From a virus (lineage: Duplodnaviria > Caudoviricetes): a stretch of 64,000 nucleotides of DNA. The position numbers were made by a program, and so were the translations under genes. Positions 17,027 to 27,700 of this stretch are shown here, piece after piece. The notes beneath the pieces are model-generated. The model was given only the letters and a program-made list of their open reading frames with translations, had not been told where the DNA came from and ran no database searches. How positions within the stretch are numbered: position 1 is the stretch's first letter; each line of letters begins with the position of its first letter. The stretch covers positions 1 through 64,000 of the IMG/VR virus record IMGVR_UViG_3300028048_000077; one strand, 5' to 3'.

Positions 17027-18130
17027 TTATATTTCCTCTGATAGCAGTTCAATCAAACCATCAGCCGTGATAAAGGTTTGATTTTCTTTTTGATTGATAT
17101 ATTTGCTCAGTATATCATAAGGACTAGCTGATTTATCAAATATATAATCATACTCTTGATAAGACTGATTAAGCTTCTCTACTTCTTCTACAACTTTATC
17201 ATTCTTATATGAAGCATCTATTTTTACCCCTGGGACGTTTCTAAAGTATGATTTAATAATTGGTATATTAGTATCATCATATTCAGTAAACTTAATACGA
17301 ATATTATCTATACCTTCAGCTTTCTTCTTCTTAATATATTCTATAACTTTCTGAGGATCAGAATGAAGCATATTATCAAGATTAATAGTATCATACCTAT
17401 ATGACTTAATAGGTTCAAAGTGCACATAATAATCCCTCTTTATCAAATCATGAATAAGGATTATAAAACCCTTTTCTTCTTCTTGACCAAACATCCATCT
17501 ATATGGAGATCCACAATAATAAAAATGTTTATCGAATACCTGAGGTGTATGAACATGACCTGCAATTATTGGTCCTCTACAACAAGCAAAATGTTCCATA
17601 TGAAATACTGGTTCTCTATCTGAAGCCAAATCTGGTACATTTTTACCAAATATGGAATTTAAGTATGTTCCGTGGAGATAACAAGCATCATAAGTTCTAC
17701 TATAAAGAAAATGTTTATAGTAGTCTTCTCCCATATTATATAACTCTGGAATACAAAGAATAGTCTTACCTTTGACCTCTATGAACTTAACCTCTTCGAT
17801 AATACGGATATCTACTTCTGGTCCAATATAATGGTAAAACAGTTTTAATTGGTCTGCATCATGAGATGCAGTACCAGAGATTAAGATTAATGTAGCATTC
17901 TTTTCTTTAGCTATTTCTATGAGTTCTTGAATAAACATAGATGCATACATGATTGCATCTGAGCTTGCTAAAAATCTATGATCAAATAGATCTCCATTTA
18001 TAGAAATAATATCGAGCACTTGCAACTCGTGCAAGTGCTGCAAAAATTGTTCTTGTAATATCTTATATTGTAAATTCGGTTCTATTGCTCCGAAATGTAT
18101 ATCTGCTATATGTGCCTCAACTAAGGTCAT
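17027..18130 (-). CDS. SbcD/Mre11-like metallophosphoesterase nuclease
   Basis: ADIHFG, GDLFD, GTASHD, LHG, GHVH, YCGS. Confidence 0.9.
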   Translation of the reverse strand: MTLVEAHIADIHFGAIEPNLQYKILQEQFLQHLHELQVLDIISINGDLFDHRFLASSDAIMYASMFIQELIEIAKEKNATLILISGTASHDADQLKLFYHYIGPEVDIRIIEEVKFIEVKGKTILCIPELYNMGEDYYKHFLYSRTYDACYLHGTYLNSIFGKNVPDLASDREPVFHMEHFACCRGPIIAGHVHTPQVFDKHFYYCGSPYRWMFGQEEEKGFIILIHDLIKRDYYVHFEPIKSYRYDTINLDNMLHSDPQKVIEYIKKKKAEGIDNIRIKFTEYDDTNIPIIKSYFRNVPGVKIDASYKNDKVVEEVEKLNQSYQEYDYIFDKSASPYDILSKYINQKENQTFITADGLIELLSEEI

Positions 18131-18252
18131 TTTGTATCACCTCTCTACTATTATGTATGTGAAACTATAAAAAATAATTATTTGAGAATATATTTAATTC
18201 CATTATATTAGTACTCTTAAGACAGAGTAGTAATCAGGAAAAGGGGGAAATA

Positions 18253-20559
18253 TTGATGGCTGAAAACGATAAGAATCTTCCTCAGATGAATATGGGTAAG
18301 ATAAAAGAATTAGAGAATAATGTACAAGATTCATTAGATAAATTATATAGTGATATACATGCTAATACCCCAGAGGTATCTAGAACTAATGATTATCTTC
18401 GTGCTCGTATGCACAAAGCAATAGATAATCTGATTAACTATAATAATTCAAATGTAGGTATTTCTAATATATCTTCATTATATACTAGATTGAATCATCT
18501 TCAGAATGATTCATCTACTATTCGTAATATTATAAAGACATTTGAGAATGATTCTACAATGAATAATGTTATGGAATTATATTCTCAGAATGTATTTCTT
18601 AAAGAAGCAGATAAAGAGTATGAAGTAATTCTTAAGTATATGCCTAAGCTTCATGATGCTTTGGATACTAGAAAAGAAGCTGTATTATCTGCTGACCACT
18701 TTACAAAAGATGCTCTTAATATTACCTCTTCATCCTCTGACCTGTCCGAAGTAAACGTAGAGCATAATATCAAACAAATGAGAACTAAGTATGATCTAGA
18801 TAATATTATAGATCGAATTTATGAGGAAACAGATAGACTTGGTGAGTGCTATATCTATTGTGTACCTTATAAGAAGGCATTAGAACGTATTCTTGATAAA
18901 GATGGTAAGAATATTACTACTGCAGATCAGGATGATCTTAGTGAGTCTACATTCTATTGCTCTTTAACTGAACAAACAATTCAGACGATTAAAACTAAGA
19001 CTGGTAAGAATGTAGAAATTATAGATGAAGATGTACAGTTAGAGTATCATTCTTCTCCATCTGCTTCTTTTATGAAGAAGCATTCTGGTATTCAAGTTGA
19101 AATAAATCGTAGTGGTATTATTAATGAAGTAATTGAGACTCATGATAAAGTAAATAATATACTACATGAAGCTTCTGAACTTTCTATTACTGAAGCTTTC
19201 TTAGAAGATAAAAATATGAAAGCAGAATTTGAAGATAATCTTTCTGATGAGAAACTTAAGAAGTCTATGTATGAAGTAGATAAGATTGCTCAGGATGGAA
19301 TGCAGCTTACTAATAAAAAAGAAAGAGAATCTGCTAATATCAAAGTTCCAGGTGCAGTAGTTAAGATTCTTGATAGAACTATGATTAAACCATTGTATAT
19401 CGAGAATATCTGTCTTGGATATTACTATATTGAGACTGATAAACCTCTTGGAGTAGAACAGCTTACTTTCTCCTCTACATTGGGTGGTTTGAAACCTGGT
19501 AATACTGCTCGTAAGTTAGCAGAGCATAGAAGTGACCAGGATGGTGTAATCCTTAAGAAGATTGCTAAGGATCTTTCTGATAAGATTGATGCTAAGTTCA
19601 TCAATGCTAATCAGGATCTTACTCAGGAAATCTATATGATTCTTAAGTATAATATGGATCATAATGGAGCAGGAAGAATTTCTAAGATTCGTGTAACCTT
19701 TATCCCTCCTGAGGATATTATCCATTCTTTCTTCAATAAGGATCCTAAGACCCATAGAGGAATCTCTGCTCTGTATAGAGCTTTATTCCCTGCTAAATTG
19801 TATTCCTGTTTGTATATCTCTAATGTAATTGCCATTCTTACTCGTGGTAATGATAAGAGAGTATATTATGTAAAGCAAAATGTAGATACAAATATTGCAG
19901 GTGTATTGCTTAATACTATTAATCTCATTAAGAAATCTAACTTTGGGCTTCGCCAAATTGAGAATATGAATAATATAATGAATATTACTGGTCGATTCAA
20001 TGACTACGTAATACCTGAGTCTGCATCGGGCGAGGCCCCAGTTAGATTTGAAATCATGCAGGGTCAGGATGTTCAGCATCCTACTGAGTTGATGAATCAA
20101 TTAGAAGAAATGGCTGTAAACTCTACTGATGTTCCTATGGAAGTAATTCAGGCTAGACAACAGCTTGACTTCGCTACTCATTATACTATGAGTAATACTA
20201 GATTCCTGCGTAAGGTTTATAATATTCAGTCTAAGTTTACTAAGATTATGAATAAATTCCTTACCAGACTCTATGATGCAGAATTTGAATGTACAGATAG
20301 TGTATCTGTAGAATTACCTCCTCCAATGTATCTTGCACTTATGAACTCTTCTCAGATGTTCCAGAGTGCTAATGATCATGTAGAGAACATTACTCCTCTC
20401 TATATTGATCCTAATAGTGAAGATCAAGAGTTGGTTGCTAAGGTTAAGGCTAATATCAAGAAGTTCTATATTAAGAGCTTTATTCCTGATGATACTATTC
20501 AGCAGATTGTTGATACTACCATCATGGAACATAATAGAGATAAAAAACCACAGCAGTAA
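18253..20559 (+). CDS. portal protein (T4 gp20-like, jumbo-phage type)
   Basis: 768 aa; RGNDKRVYYV and DYVIP motifs and helical organisation resemble large myovirus portals. Confidence 0.65.
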   Translation: MMAENDKNLPQMNMGKIKELENNVQDSLDKLYSDIHANTPEVSRTNDYLRARMHKAIDNLINYNNSNVGISNISSLYTRLNHLQNDSSTIRNIIKTFENDSTMNNVMELYSQNVFLKEADKEYEVILKYMPKLHDALDTRKEAVLSADHFTKDALNITSSSSDLSEVNVEHNIKQMRTKYDLDNIIDRIYEETDRLGECYIYCVPYKKALERILDKDGKNITTADQDDLSESTFYCSLTEQTIQTIKTKTGKNVEIIDEDVQLEYHSSPSASFMKKHSGIQVEINRSGIINEVIETHDKVNNILHEASELSITEAFLEDKNMKAEFEDNLSDEKLKKSMYEVDKIAQDGMQLTNKKERESANIKVPGAVVKILDRTMIKPLYIENICLGYYYIETDKPLGVEQLTFSSTLGGLKPGNTARKLAEHRSDQDGVILKKIAKDLSDKIDAKFINANQDLTQEIYMILKYNMDHNGAGRISKIRVTFIPPEDIIHSFFNKDPKTHRGISALYRALFPAKLYSCLYISNVIAILTRGNDKRVYYVKQNVDTNIAGVLLNTINLIKKSNFGLRQIENMNNIMNITGRFNDYVIPESASGEAPVRFEIMQGQDVQHPTELMNQLEEMAVNSTDVPMEVIQARQQLDFATHYTMSNTRFLRKVYNIQSKFTKIMNKFLTRLYDAEFECTDSVSVELPPPMYLALMNSSQMFQSANDHVENITPLYIDPNSEDQELVAKVKANIKKFYIKSFIPDDTIQQIVDTTIMEHNRDKKPQQ

Positions 20560-20563
20560 AAAT

Positions 20564-20591
20564 AATACCCTGGGAGAAATCCCAGGGTATT
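20564..20591. terminator. Bidirectional terminator hairpin
   Basis: AATACCCTGGGA-GAAA-TCCCAGGGTATT. Confidence 0.8.
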
Positions 20592-20599
20592 TATTTTGA

Positions 20600-20935
20600 T
20601 TAGTTAGTAGCTACACTAATTCCACAGATTTTATTAGTAAATTCTTCATGTGTCATATTAACATAATCTTTGTATTTTTTCCATAATGCTTCTTCAACTT
20701 CTTTTGGATTAGATGGAGTTTCATTGTCTTTTTGATTCCATGGAAATATATTACTATAACCACAAATCCATTCATCATCAATTGTCATACATCTATCTAA
20801 AAGAATAGTTTTACCATTATCTAATTCAATGTAATCCTCACATTCTCCATTCCAGATATCACTTGGATTAATACCATTTTTAAAATCCAAATGATTTTCC
20901 CATATACCATACATATTTACTCCAAAAATTTCCAT
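20600..20935 (-). CDS. hypothetical protein
   Basis: ORF track, AGGAGG SD. Confidence 0.8.
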   Translation of the reverse strand: MEIFGVNMYGIWENHLDFKNGINPSDIWNGECEDYIELDNGKTILLDRCMTIDDEWICGYSNIFPWNQKDNETPSNPKEVEEALWKKYKDYVNMTHEEFTNKICGISVATN

Positions 20936-20995
20936 AATTATTTACTCCTCCTTTAAAATAAAATCCCTTTACCCATTTGGGTATAGGGAGTAATG

Positions 20996-21430
20996 TTAAA
21001 CTTCTTCAACTATATCTTTTACTGTTTCAGCATATTTATATTTACCTTGATTACATATAGGCTCATATTCTAAAGTTGCCCTACAGAAAAATATAATATC
21101 TTTTACTGTCATAGTTTTAATCCGATTAACATTGATAAAGTACCTAATAGTTTCAGTATAATCTTTTATGATATCAAAATGTTTACTATCATAATCTTCT
21201 TTTAAAGTAGCTATTTCAATACTATCTTCATTATTAAATTTATCTTTAAATGTAGCTGTTACAGTTATATTTTCTGTCAATACAGCTTCAGTATCTATAA
21301 GACCTTTTGGTCTTACTTCCATATCTTCTTTACATCTCAAACTAACTAATTCTACATCTAATAAAATATAAGATACATGATATAAATCATCTGTACGTGT
21401 ATAATATTCTTTTTCGAATATAATATCCAT
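20996..21430 (-). CDS. hypothetical protein
   Basis: ORF track, AGGAGG SD. Confidence 0.8.
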   Translation of the reverse strand: MDIIFEKEYYTRTDDLYHVSYILLDVELVSLRCKEDMEVRPKGLIDTEAVLTENITVTATFKDKFNNEDSIEIATLKEDYDSKHFDIIKDYTETIRYFINVNRIKTMTVKDIIFFCRATLEYEPICNQGKYKYAETVKDIVEEV

Positions 21431-21622
21431 ATTATTCCTCCTTACCCTTGTTTCAAAAATGGACTTATTATAATTATATATAATATATTACCTATTATAC
21501 CACCTATTATACTAGCAATAAATAATACTGCTAGTAAAGGCCAATCAAGCTTCTCAAACTTATCCATTCATATTTTTCCTCCATAACTATATCCCCTACC
21601 CAAAAGGGTAGGGGATAAATAA

Positions 21623-23980
21623 TTATACTCTTACTAATTCTGCTCTGTCCATATTAGGAAACATTCTCTTTCCACTTGCTGTACTAGCACCATATGGTAT
21701 ACTTCCTACTTGGACTTCCTGTACTGCTCTACCTGTATAGATTCTGATTACATCTTCATCTTTACAATCGAACATCTTATATACAGTATCACCTTTCTTA
21801 AGTTTAATCATTGTAGCACCAGCACGAGCTCGTTTGCTCAATGGAAGGGCAGATAATGATACATGGTTAACATATCCGTTATTTGTCAATACTACAACTC
21901 CTGTAGTGCCCTTATCCAAGGCATTGAAGCCAAGCATAGGGCTATTAGTTGACATGGATATATTTCCTTTTGTACTTCTCATAAGATGAGGAGTATCAGC
22001 TCCTCTAATACGTAATGCTTTATTTCCTGCATACAAGAATATATCTTGTCTGCAATCTGCAAAGATTACATCTTTAACAATATCCATCTCTTCAAGCTTG
22101 ATATAAATCAAACCAGAAGCAGGTACATTAAAGAACTCTTCACATGACATTCTCTTTATATATCCATTCTGAGTCAATGTATATACAAAGTTATACTTAC
22201 CATGAGAGAAGTCTTTTAATGAACTCTCTAATATGATACTATTAATATCAGAAGTAAGATTCTTTAATAACTTTCTAATATCCATAAGGGTAAATGGAAT
22301 AGAAGCTATTGGTAATCTAAATACCTTACCATGAGATCCAAATAACAGTATACTATCTGCATTATCTGCATCAAATACAGCTATTGGATAATCCCCTCCA
22401 AGACCTGTAGTATTTGCTCCAGTCTCAGTCTTTTTAATACAATTACCATTAGTAATAATAATCTGGAAAGTACCTTTAGGAATATTTAAAGCTTCCTCTT
22501 TAGAGATGATTTTACTCATTCTAGGTTTTCCATACTTCTTCTTGAACTCAAGAAGCTCAGATTCAATTTCTCCAAGAATGAGATTATCATCATTAATAAG
22601 CTTAAAGATTACATTATACTTGCTCAGATACTCGTCTCTCTTCTGTCTATAATAATCCAGATATCCTCTAGAGAGCTTTCTAATATCTGTATTCAAAAGG
22701 AACTTAGCCTGTACATCAGTAATACCTTTGATTTTCTTAATCATATACTCTATGTATGAACTATCATCTGTTCCCTTTTGCTTACGAATCATCTTAATGA
22801 TATTATCAATCTCACCAGATTCTAATGCCTTAATGTACAACTCCATCTGATGATACTTAGTTCTAATATCTCTAATCTGATTACAGTAAATTCGGAACTT
22901 AGTTAATTTCCTAAACTCAATCCAGTCTAAGAGATACTCTTTATAAGATACAAGTTTAGGTATAGGTATATTCCTACTCTCTGGAGTTGGAACAAGTACC
23001 TCAAAGTTTACACCAATACCTGCTTCAAGATTTGTAGATGTGTATAACATATCTCGTACAAAGTTAGGGTCAGATCCCTTCTTAAGTACAATATATATCT
23101 CCATCTTATTCTCTTCACACTTATCTACTACCTTATCAATCTGAGGCAGTTTATTAGCAAGCATCATCTTCTCAATAGCATCAGAGATACTATCAAAGAA
23201 AACTAAGTCTGGTACACTTCTAATACAAATAGCAGGCTTGTTTTCATATTCACATATCTCAGCAATTCCTCTAGCACGGAACTTACCACGACCTGTATGA
23301 GATATAGTAACCCAATCTGTATCAATAATCTCTGTAGGCATACAGTTATCTGGTACTAATACAATATCCATATTTGGATTATGTATCAATGCTATAGTAG
23401 CATCAATAACTTCATTGAAGTTATGTCTAGGTATAGATACTGAGGTACCCGAACCAATTGCTTTACAACCATTGATCAGTAGGTTAGGTACTGCTGATGG
23501 AAGGAATATTGGTTCTTGTGTTTCTCCAGAATAGTTATCCTCATAATCTACTGCATTAGATGATTGTTTCAAATCACCAATGATACAGTCATATCCATAT
23601 TCAGATAATTTTGTCTCTGTATAACGTGGAGCTGCTGCCTTCAATCCTAATGGATTACCCCATGCTCCATTACCATCTAAATATGGTACCTTGATTTCAA
23701 AATCATTTGTCATAGGTTTCATAGCATCATAGATACTGCTATCGCCATGTGGATGATACAGACCCATTACTGAACCTACAACTCTTGCAGATTTTACATA
23801 TGGTGTATTAGGATACTTATGTAAATCTGAATACATTGTATATAAAATACGTCTATGTACACTCTTTAATCCATCTCTTAAATCTGGGATGGCTCTTTTC
23901 AATGCAACATATGTACTGTACTCAATCATATCAGTATTGTGTTGTTCAACTAAATCTACTGGTATAATTTTTTCTGCCAA
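21623..23980 (-). CDS. gyrA: DNA topoisomerase IIA subunit A (GyrA/ParC-like) with beta-pinwheel C-terminal domain
   Basis: RAIPDLRDGLKSVHRR, KSARVVG, YHPHGDSS, catalytic AAAPRYTE; TTG start. Confidence 0.95.
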   Translation of the reverse strand: MAEKIIPVDLVEQHNTDMIEYSTYVALKRAIPDLRDGLKSVHRRILYTMYSDLHKYPNTPYVKSARVVGSVMGLYHPHGDSSIYDAMKPMTNDFEIKVPYLDGNGAWGNPLGLKAAAPRYTETKLSEYGYDCIIGDLKQSSNAVDYEDNYSGETQEPIFLPSAVPNLLINGCKAIGSGTSVSIPRHNFNEVIDATIALIHNPNMDIVLVPDNCMPTEIIDTDWVTISHTGRGKFRARGIAEICEYENKPAICIRSVPDLVFFDSISDAIEKMMLANKLPQIDKVVDKCEENKMEIYIVLKKGSDPNFVRDMLYTSTNLEAGIGVNFEVLVPTPESRNIPIPKLVSYKEYLLDWIEFRKLTKFRIYCNQIRDIRTKYHQMELYIKALESGEIDNIIKMIRKQKGTDDSSYIEYMIKKIKGITDVQAKFLLNTDIRKLSRGYLDYYRQKRDEYLSKYNVIFKLINDDNLILGEIESELLEFKKKYGKPRMSKIISKEEALNIPKGTFQIIITNGNCIKKTETGANTTGLGGDYPIAVFDADNADSILLFGSHGKVFRLPIASIPFTLMDIRKLLKNLTSDINSIILESSLKDFSHGKYNFVYTLTQNGYIKRMSCEEFFNVPASGLIYIKLEEMDIVKDVIFADCRQDIFLYAGNKALRIRGADTPHLMRSTKGNISMSTNSPMLGFNALDKGTTGVVVLTNNGYVNHVSLSALPLSKRARAGATMIKLKKGDTVYKMFDCKDEDVIRIYTGRAVQEVQVGSIPYGASTASGKRMFPNMDRAELVRV

Positions 23981-23997
23981 AACTATTACCTCCTATA

Positions 23998-24414
23998 CTA
24001 TTCAAAATCACACAGATATCCTAATCCCTTAACCTCTATAAGAAACTCATACTCAGCTATTCTAAAATTAATAAGGCACATAACATAGTTATCTGGTACA
24101 TCAAATCTACCTGGGTTATGTTTTAAATATTCATTTATATAGTTTCTTAAATATTCTACATCAGTAGCTCCTCTGTACCAAGGTAATTCATCTTCTAAAA
24201 AACTGCGTACAGTCATTGAAACATCATCTGAATCTAATTCATCAAATAACTCAATCTTAGATCTATATTTACCATTTTCAATTCTATCAAGTATAAAATC
24301 TTTAATATATTTTCTTAAATCTTTAATAGCTTCATTACCAATAAATACTTCACGTAATGCTTCATCAGTACTAGTATTATCAATAGATAATAATATAAAA
24401 CTATTTAATTTCAT
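23998..24414 (-). CDS. hypothetical protein
   Basis: ORF track. Confidence 0.75.
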   Translation of the reverse strand: MKLNSFILLSIDNTSTDEALREVFIGNEAIKDLRKYIKDFILDRIENGKYRSKIELFDELDSDDVSMTVRSFLEDELPWYRGATDVEYLRNYINEYLKHNPGRFDVPDNYVMCLINFRIAEYEFLIEVKGLGYLCDFE

Positions 24415-24416
24415 AT

Positions 24417-24617
24417 TTAAGCTCCTTTCAATTCGTCTAGTTCCTTCTCAAGAGCCTCTACTTTCTTTATAAACATCACTACTTCACCACGAATTTTACA
24501 TATCTCTGTAGCACTACCATTATGAAATCCTCTATCCCAAGTACTTGAACTTGAATTCTCTTTCTCTTGATGGTATGCTCTTTCATTATCAAGTAATTTA
24601 AGTAACTTTTCTCCCAT
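24417..24617 (-). CDS. hypothetical protein
   Basis: ORF track, GAGGAGG SD. Confidence 0.75.
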   Translation of the reverse strand: MGEKLLKLLDNERAYHQEKENSSSSTWDRGFHNGSATEICKIRGEVVMFIKKVEALEKELDELKGA

Positions 24618-24689
24618 TCTAGTTACCTCCTCTTTTTATTTCATACATCTAAGTGTTTATTATATTTTTAATTTTACACTTACATGCAC

Positions 24690-24705
24690 TCATATATATA
24701 GTATA
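24690..24705 (-). promoter_or_regulatory. Conserved promoter motif
   Basis: TATACTATATATATGA. Confidence 0.8.
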
Positions 24706-24754
24706 TTTCTAAAACAAAGATTACCCTCTACCTTTGGGTAGAGGGATTTTTATA

Positions 24755-25258
24755 TTAAATGTAACTTATAACAAGATCAAAGAATCTTTCCATAAGAATA
24801 TTAACAATGTTTTCAAATAAATATTCATCATACTTATGCTGTATTACACTAGAAACTGAACTAGAATTCCAAGAAGTAGAATACTGTGTTTCATTAGAGC
24901 TAGTTACTATAGTCATCTTTACAGTCATAGTATTACTAATATCTAATACACACTTCAAACCTTCTGGTTTCTTTTTATCAATAAGAAATACAATAATATT
25001 AGATTTATTCTTTTTGTATGATGAAATAGTTGCAGTATCTTTATTATTATCATAAAAGAGATACTTGCCAAATGATTGAATAGTTTCAGCCATATCTACC
25101 ATTGTTTCAATAGTAGGTGTAGTGGTTTTACTAACCTTTCTTAATTGCTTTCTTTTATTATATCTATTCCACCAACCCTTCTTCTGATATTCCATAATCA
25201 TATCTAACCAAGGATTAGTTGAGTCTGCTTTAGCTTCCAATATTTCGTCCAGAATCAT
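24755..25258 (-). CDS. hypothetical protein
   Basis: ORF track. Confidence 0.75.
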   Translation of the reverse strand: MILDEILEAKADSTNPWLDMIMEYQKKGWWNRYNKRKQLRKVSKTTTPTIETMVDMAETIQSFGKYLFYDNNKDTATISSYKKNKSNIIVFLIDKKKPEGLKCVLDISNTMTVKMTIVTSSNETQYSTSWNSSSVSSVIQHKYDEYLFENIVNILMERFFDLVISYI

Positions 25259-25907
25259 CGTCTTCGTCCCTCCATACTATTTTAGGAATAATGAAATGTA
25301 GATCATGCATTACAACAAAGAATATATATTCTTTTATTAATTTTTCTATATTTTTATATAACTCTTTATATTCAGATGAAACCATTCCATTATTATATAC
25401 AGTGAAATGAGTAGAATTATCTATTGTTTTAACTGCTCCAGCATTAGAATAAGTAAGAGTAATTTGCATTCCCTTATTATTTTCTTTTGCTATACTCTTT
25501 CTACTCTTCTGAATATTTAGAGAAAATTTATTTGGATATTCTAAATTAATTTCGAAGTATTCTACTTCTTTTTTATCTTCTGATTCTACTAATGAATATG
25601 AATAATTATTGTTATTCATCTTTGAATTATACAATCTGAATTTATCATATTCATCTCCTTGAGTATTCTTACAATAAGTAATCAATCCAAGCCAATCTAT
25701 AATTAAATCATAAAGATTTGATTTTGCAACTACTTCTCGAATCTCTTTTCTCATCTTTTTAAAGTAGTAAAATTTACTAATAGTTTTAAAATATCTCTTC
25801 CATCCAAAGTCGAATGGATAGAGTTTATTCGCATACTTAGTAAATATCAAATAAAGCATATTTATCTCCATCATCTCTTTAAGAAGTTTATCTTCATCTT
25901 TATCCAT
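25230..25907 (-). CDS. hypothetical protein
   Basis: ORF track. Confidence 0.75.
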   Translation of the reverse strand: MDKDEDKLLKEMMEINMLYLIFTKYANKLYPFDFGWKRYFKTISKFYYFKKMRKEIREVVAKSNLYDLIIDWLGLITYCKNTQGDEYDKFRLYNSKMNNNNYSYSLVESEDKKEVEYFEINLEYPNKFSLNIQKSRKSIAKENNKGMQITLTYSNAGAVKTIDNSTHFTVYNNGMVSSEYKELYKNIEKLIKEYIFFVVMHDLHFIIPKIVWRDEDDDSGRNIGS

Positions 25908-26628
25908 TTAGATGATTTCTCCCTTCTTTGTATATTCTTTGATATTCCTTTTCTAAAGCATGTCTCCACCAATATTGGTATACCATAGAATGAAACATCT
26001 TAGAGCAATTATCTAAGAATATCTTATGATCAGGATTATTCATATCTAATATAAACTCTTCGAATAATGGCTTATCTTTAAAAAGTCTAAGTACTAGTAC
26101 ACCAGATACATCTGCAATATTATTATATCGTAACATCTCTCTATATGCAGCTAATTGTAAACAATATCTAAAACTAATATGAGTACTAATCTTAAAATCA
26201 ATTAACCATGGTTTTCCATTTATAGAGAGAAGCATATCATAAGTGCCACCATAATATGGACAAGAGAGTTTAAACTCTTGACCAAGTACTTTAACTTCAT
26301 TATTAGAAGATATTTGAGCCCACCATTTTTCAAATGCGTTTATTGGATTCATTGGAACATCTGGTGGAAGTTCTTCTCCCTTAATATGTTTCTCTAATGC
26401 TTCATGTACTACTGTACCATAATCAGCATATATATTAAGAGTTTCTTTATAAGACTTATGTTTGAATCCTAAAGAGTTAGCCCATTGTACTATATAATCT
26501 TCATGCATACATGCAGATATAATTTGAGTTACTCTAGGAACTACATTATCATCACATGTATAAGAACTCTCAAAACTACTTCTATCAAGTTCTAATATAT
26601 CTTTTAGTTTAAATTTATCATTATTCAT
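25900..26628 (-). CDS. PD-(D/E)XK exonuclease
   Basis: VPRVTQII, GTVVH, E..L...YGGTYD, LIDFK, QLAAY. Confidence 0.85.
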   Translation of the reverse strand: MNNDKFKLKDILELDRSSFESSYTCDDNVVPRVTQIISACMHEDYIVQWANSLGFKHKSYKETLNIYADYGTVVHEALEKHIKGEELPPDVPMNPINAFEKWWAQISSNNEVKVLGQEFKLSCPYYGGTYDMLLSINGKPWLIDFKISTHISFRYCLQLAAYREMLRYNNIADVSGVLVLRLFKDKPLFEEFILDMNNPDHKIFLDNCSKMFHSMVYQYWWRHALEKEYQRIYKEGRNHLNG

Positions 26629-26744
26629 TCTCTAACCCTCTATCTAGTTCGAATTATCTTACAGTCTTGGAATTAATAAAATCTTAACAATATTAATCGG
26701 TGAACATCGTAGTAACATAGTAGTTTAGAAAGGATGATTCCAAA

Positions 26745-27683
26745 ATGTTAAAGAATCCTGGGAAAGTTAAAACTTACGCTGATTGTTATTTGTACACTAA
26801 ATATCCAAAGTATAATACTATGATTTTTGATGCTCTTATGAGTGATGATTTTATTGATAAAGTATCCCCTCAGTTTAATGAAGATGTATTGGTAGATATT
26901 AAAAGAGCAAGAGTAAGCTCTCATATCGTTCAGGTACTTACATCACCTAAAACAGTTCTTTATTATCCTGCTAAGCCACTTCCTACTTTCTTTAAAGTAT
27001 TAGTAGCTGCTGACCCTAGAACTTCTAGGAAGGATAAGAAGGACAGAAAATTATTCATTGATTGCACTTCTGTAATTCATAGAGGAGAAAAAGGTTGGAA
27101 AACTAATCCAGAAGCATTGCTTAGTTATTTGATTTCTGGATATTGTCATATGGCATATACTAATGGGCTTGCATTTGGTGGAGATTCTACAGTTTTAGAG
27201 TCTCTTAACTTTGCTAAGCTCTTTACATATGTAATTGATTTTATAGCAAAGATTTCTGTATCTGAAGCTAATAGAGATAAATGCATGTATCTTGCTTCTA
27301 GATATTATCTCGAAGGTATTGCTTGTAGAGATGAAGAAACTTCTAGAAAGATTGCTCAGAAGAATGCAGGTATTACTGATATTAAGGAAAATACATATCA
27401 GTTTACTATCAAGGATCCAGAAGCATTCAAAGAATTGAAGAGCTTTATTAAATTGATTAGAAATATATTCAAGATTGATAAACTTACTGTAGATATTGTA
27501 GTAGAGAAATGGATGTATCTGTTTAATCCAAGTACAGTATTTGCTCTTGAATATATGCCAGCATTTCAGAGTATGCTTACAAATGCATATGTAGGTGCAT
27601 ATCTGAATAACCAGAAGACTATTGAAAAGATTTGTGGTAAGTCTATGGTTCAATATGCAAAATATATAATCGATAATATTTAA
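26745..27683 (+). CDS. hypothetical protein, probable virion protein
   Basis: 312-aa ORF heading an operon with a large structural gene. Confidence 0.75.
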   Translation: MLKNPGKVKTYADCYLYTKYPKYNTMIFDALMSDDFIDKVSPQFNEDVLVDIKRARVSSHIVQVLTSPKTVLYYPAKPLPTFFKVLVAADPRTSRKDKKDRKLFIDCTSVIHRGEKGWKTNPEALLSYLISGYCHMAYTNGLAFGGDSTVLESLNFAKLFTYVIDFIAKISVSEANRDKCMYLASRYYLEGIACRDEETSRKIAQKNAGITDIKENTYQFTIKDPEAFKELKSFIKLIRNIFKIDKLTVDIVVEKWMYLFNPSTVFALEYMPAFQSMLTNAYVGAYLNNQKTIEKICGKSMVQYAKYIIDNI

Positions 27684-27700
27684 TTATTGGGGGTATAGCC

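Noticed and set aside
25900-26628. Cas4/CRISPR adaptation gene
   Set aside because: Generic phage PD-(D/E)XK exonuclease without the Cas4 Fe-S cysteine pattern or an array.
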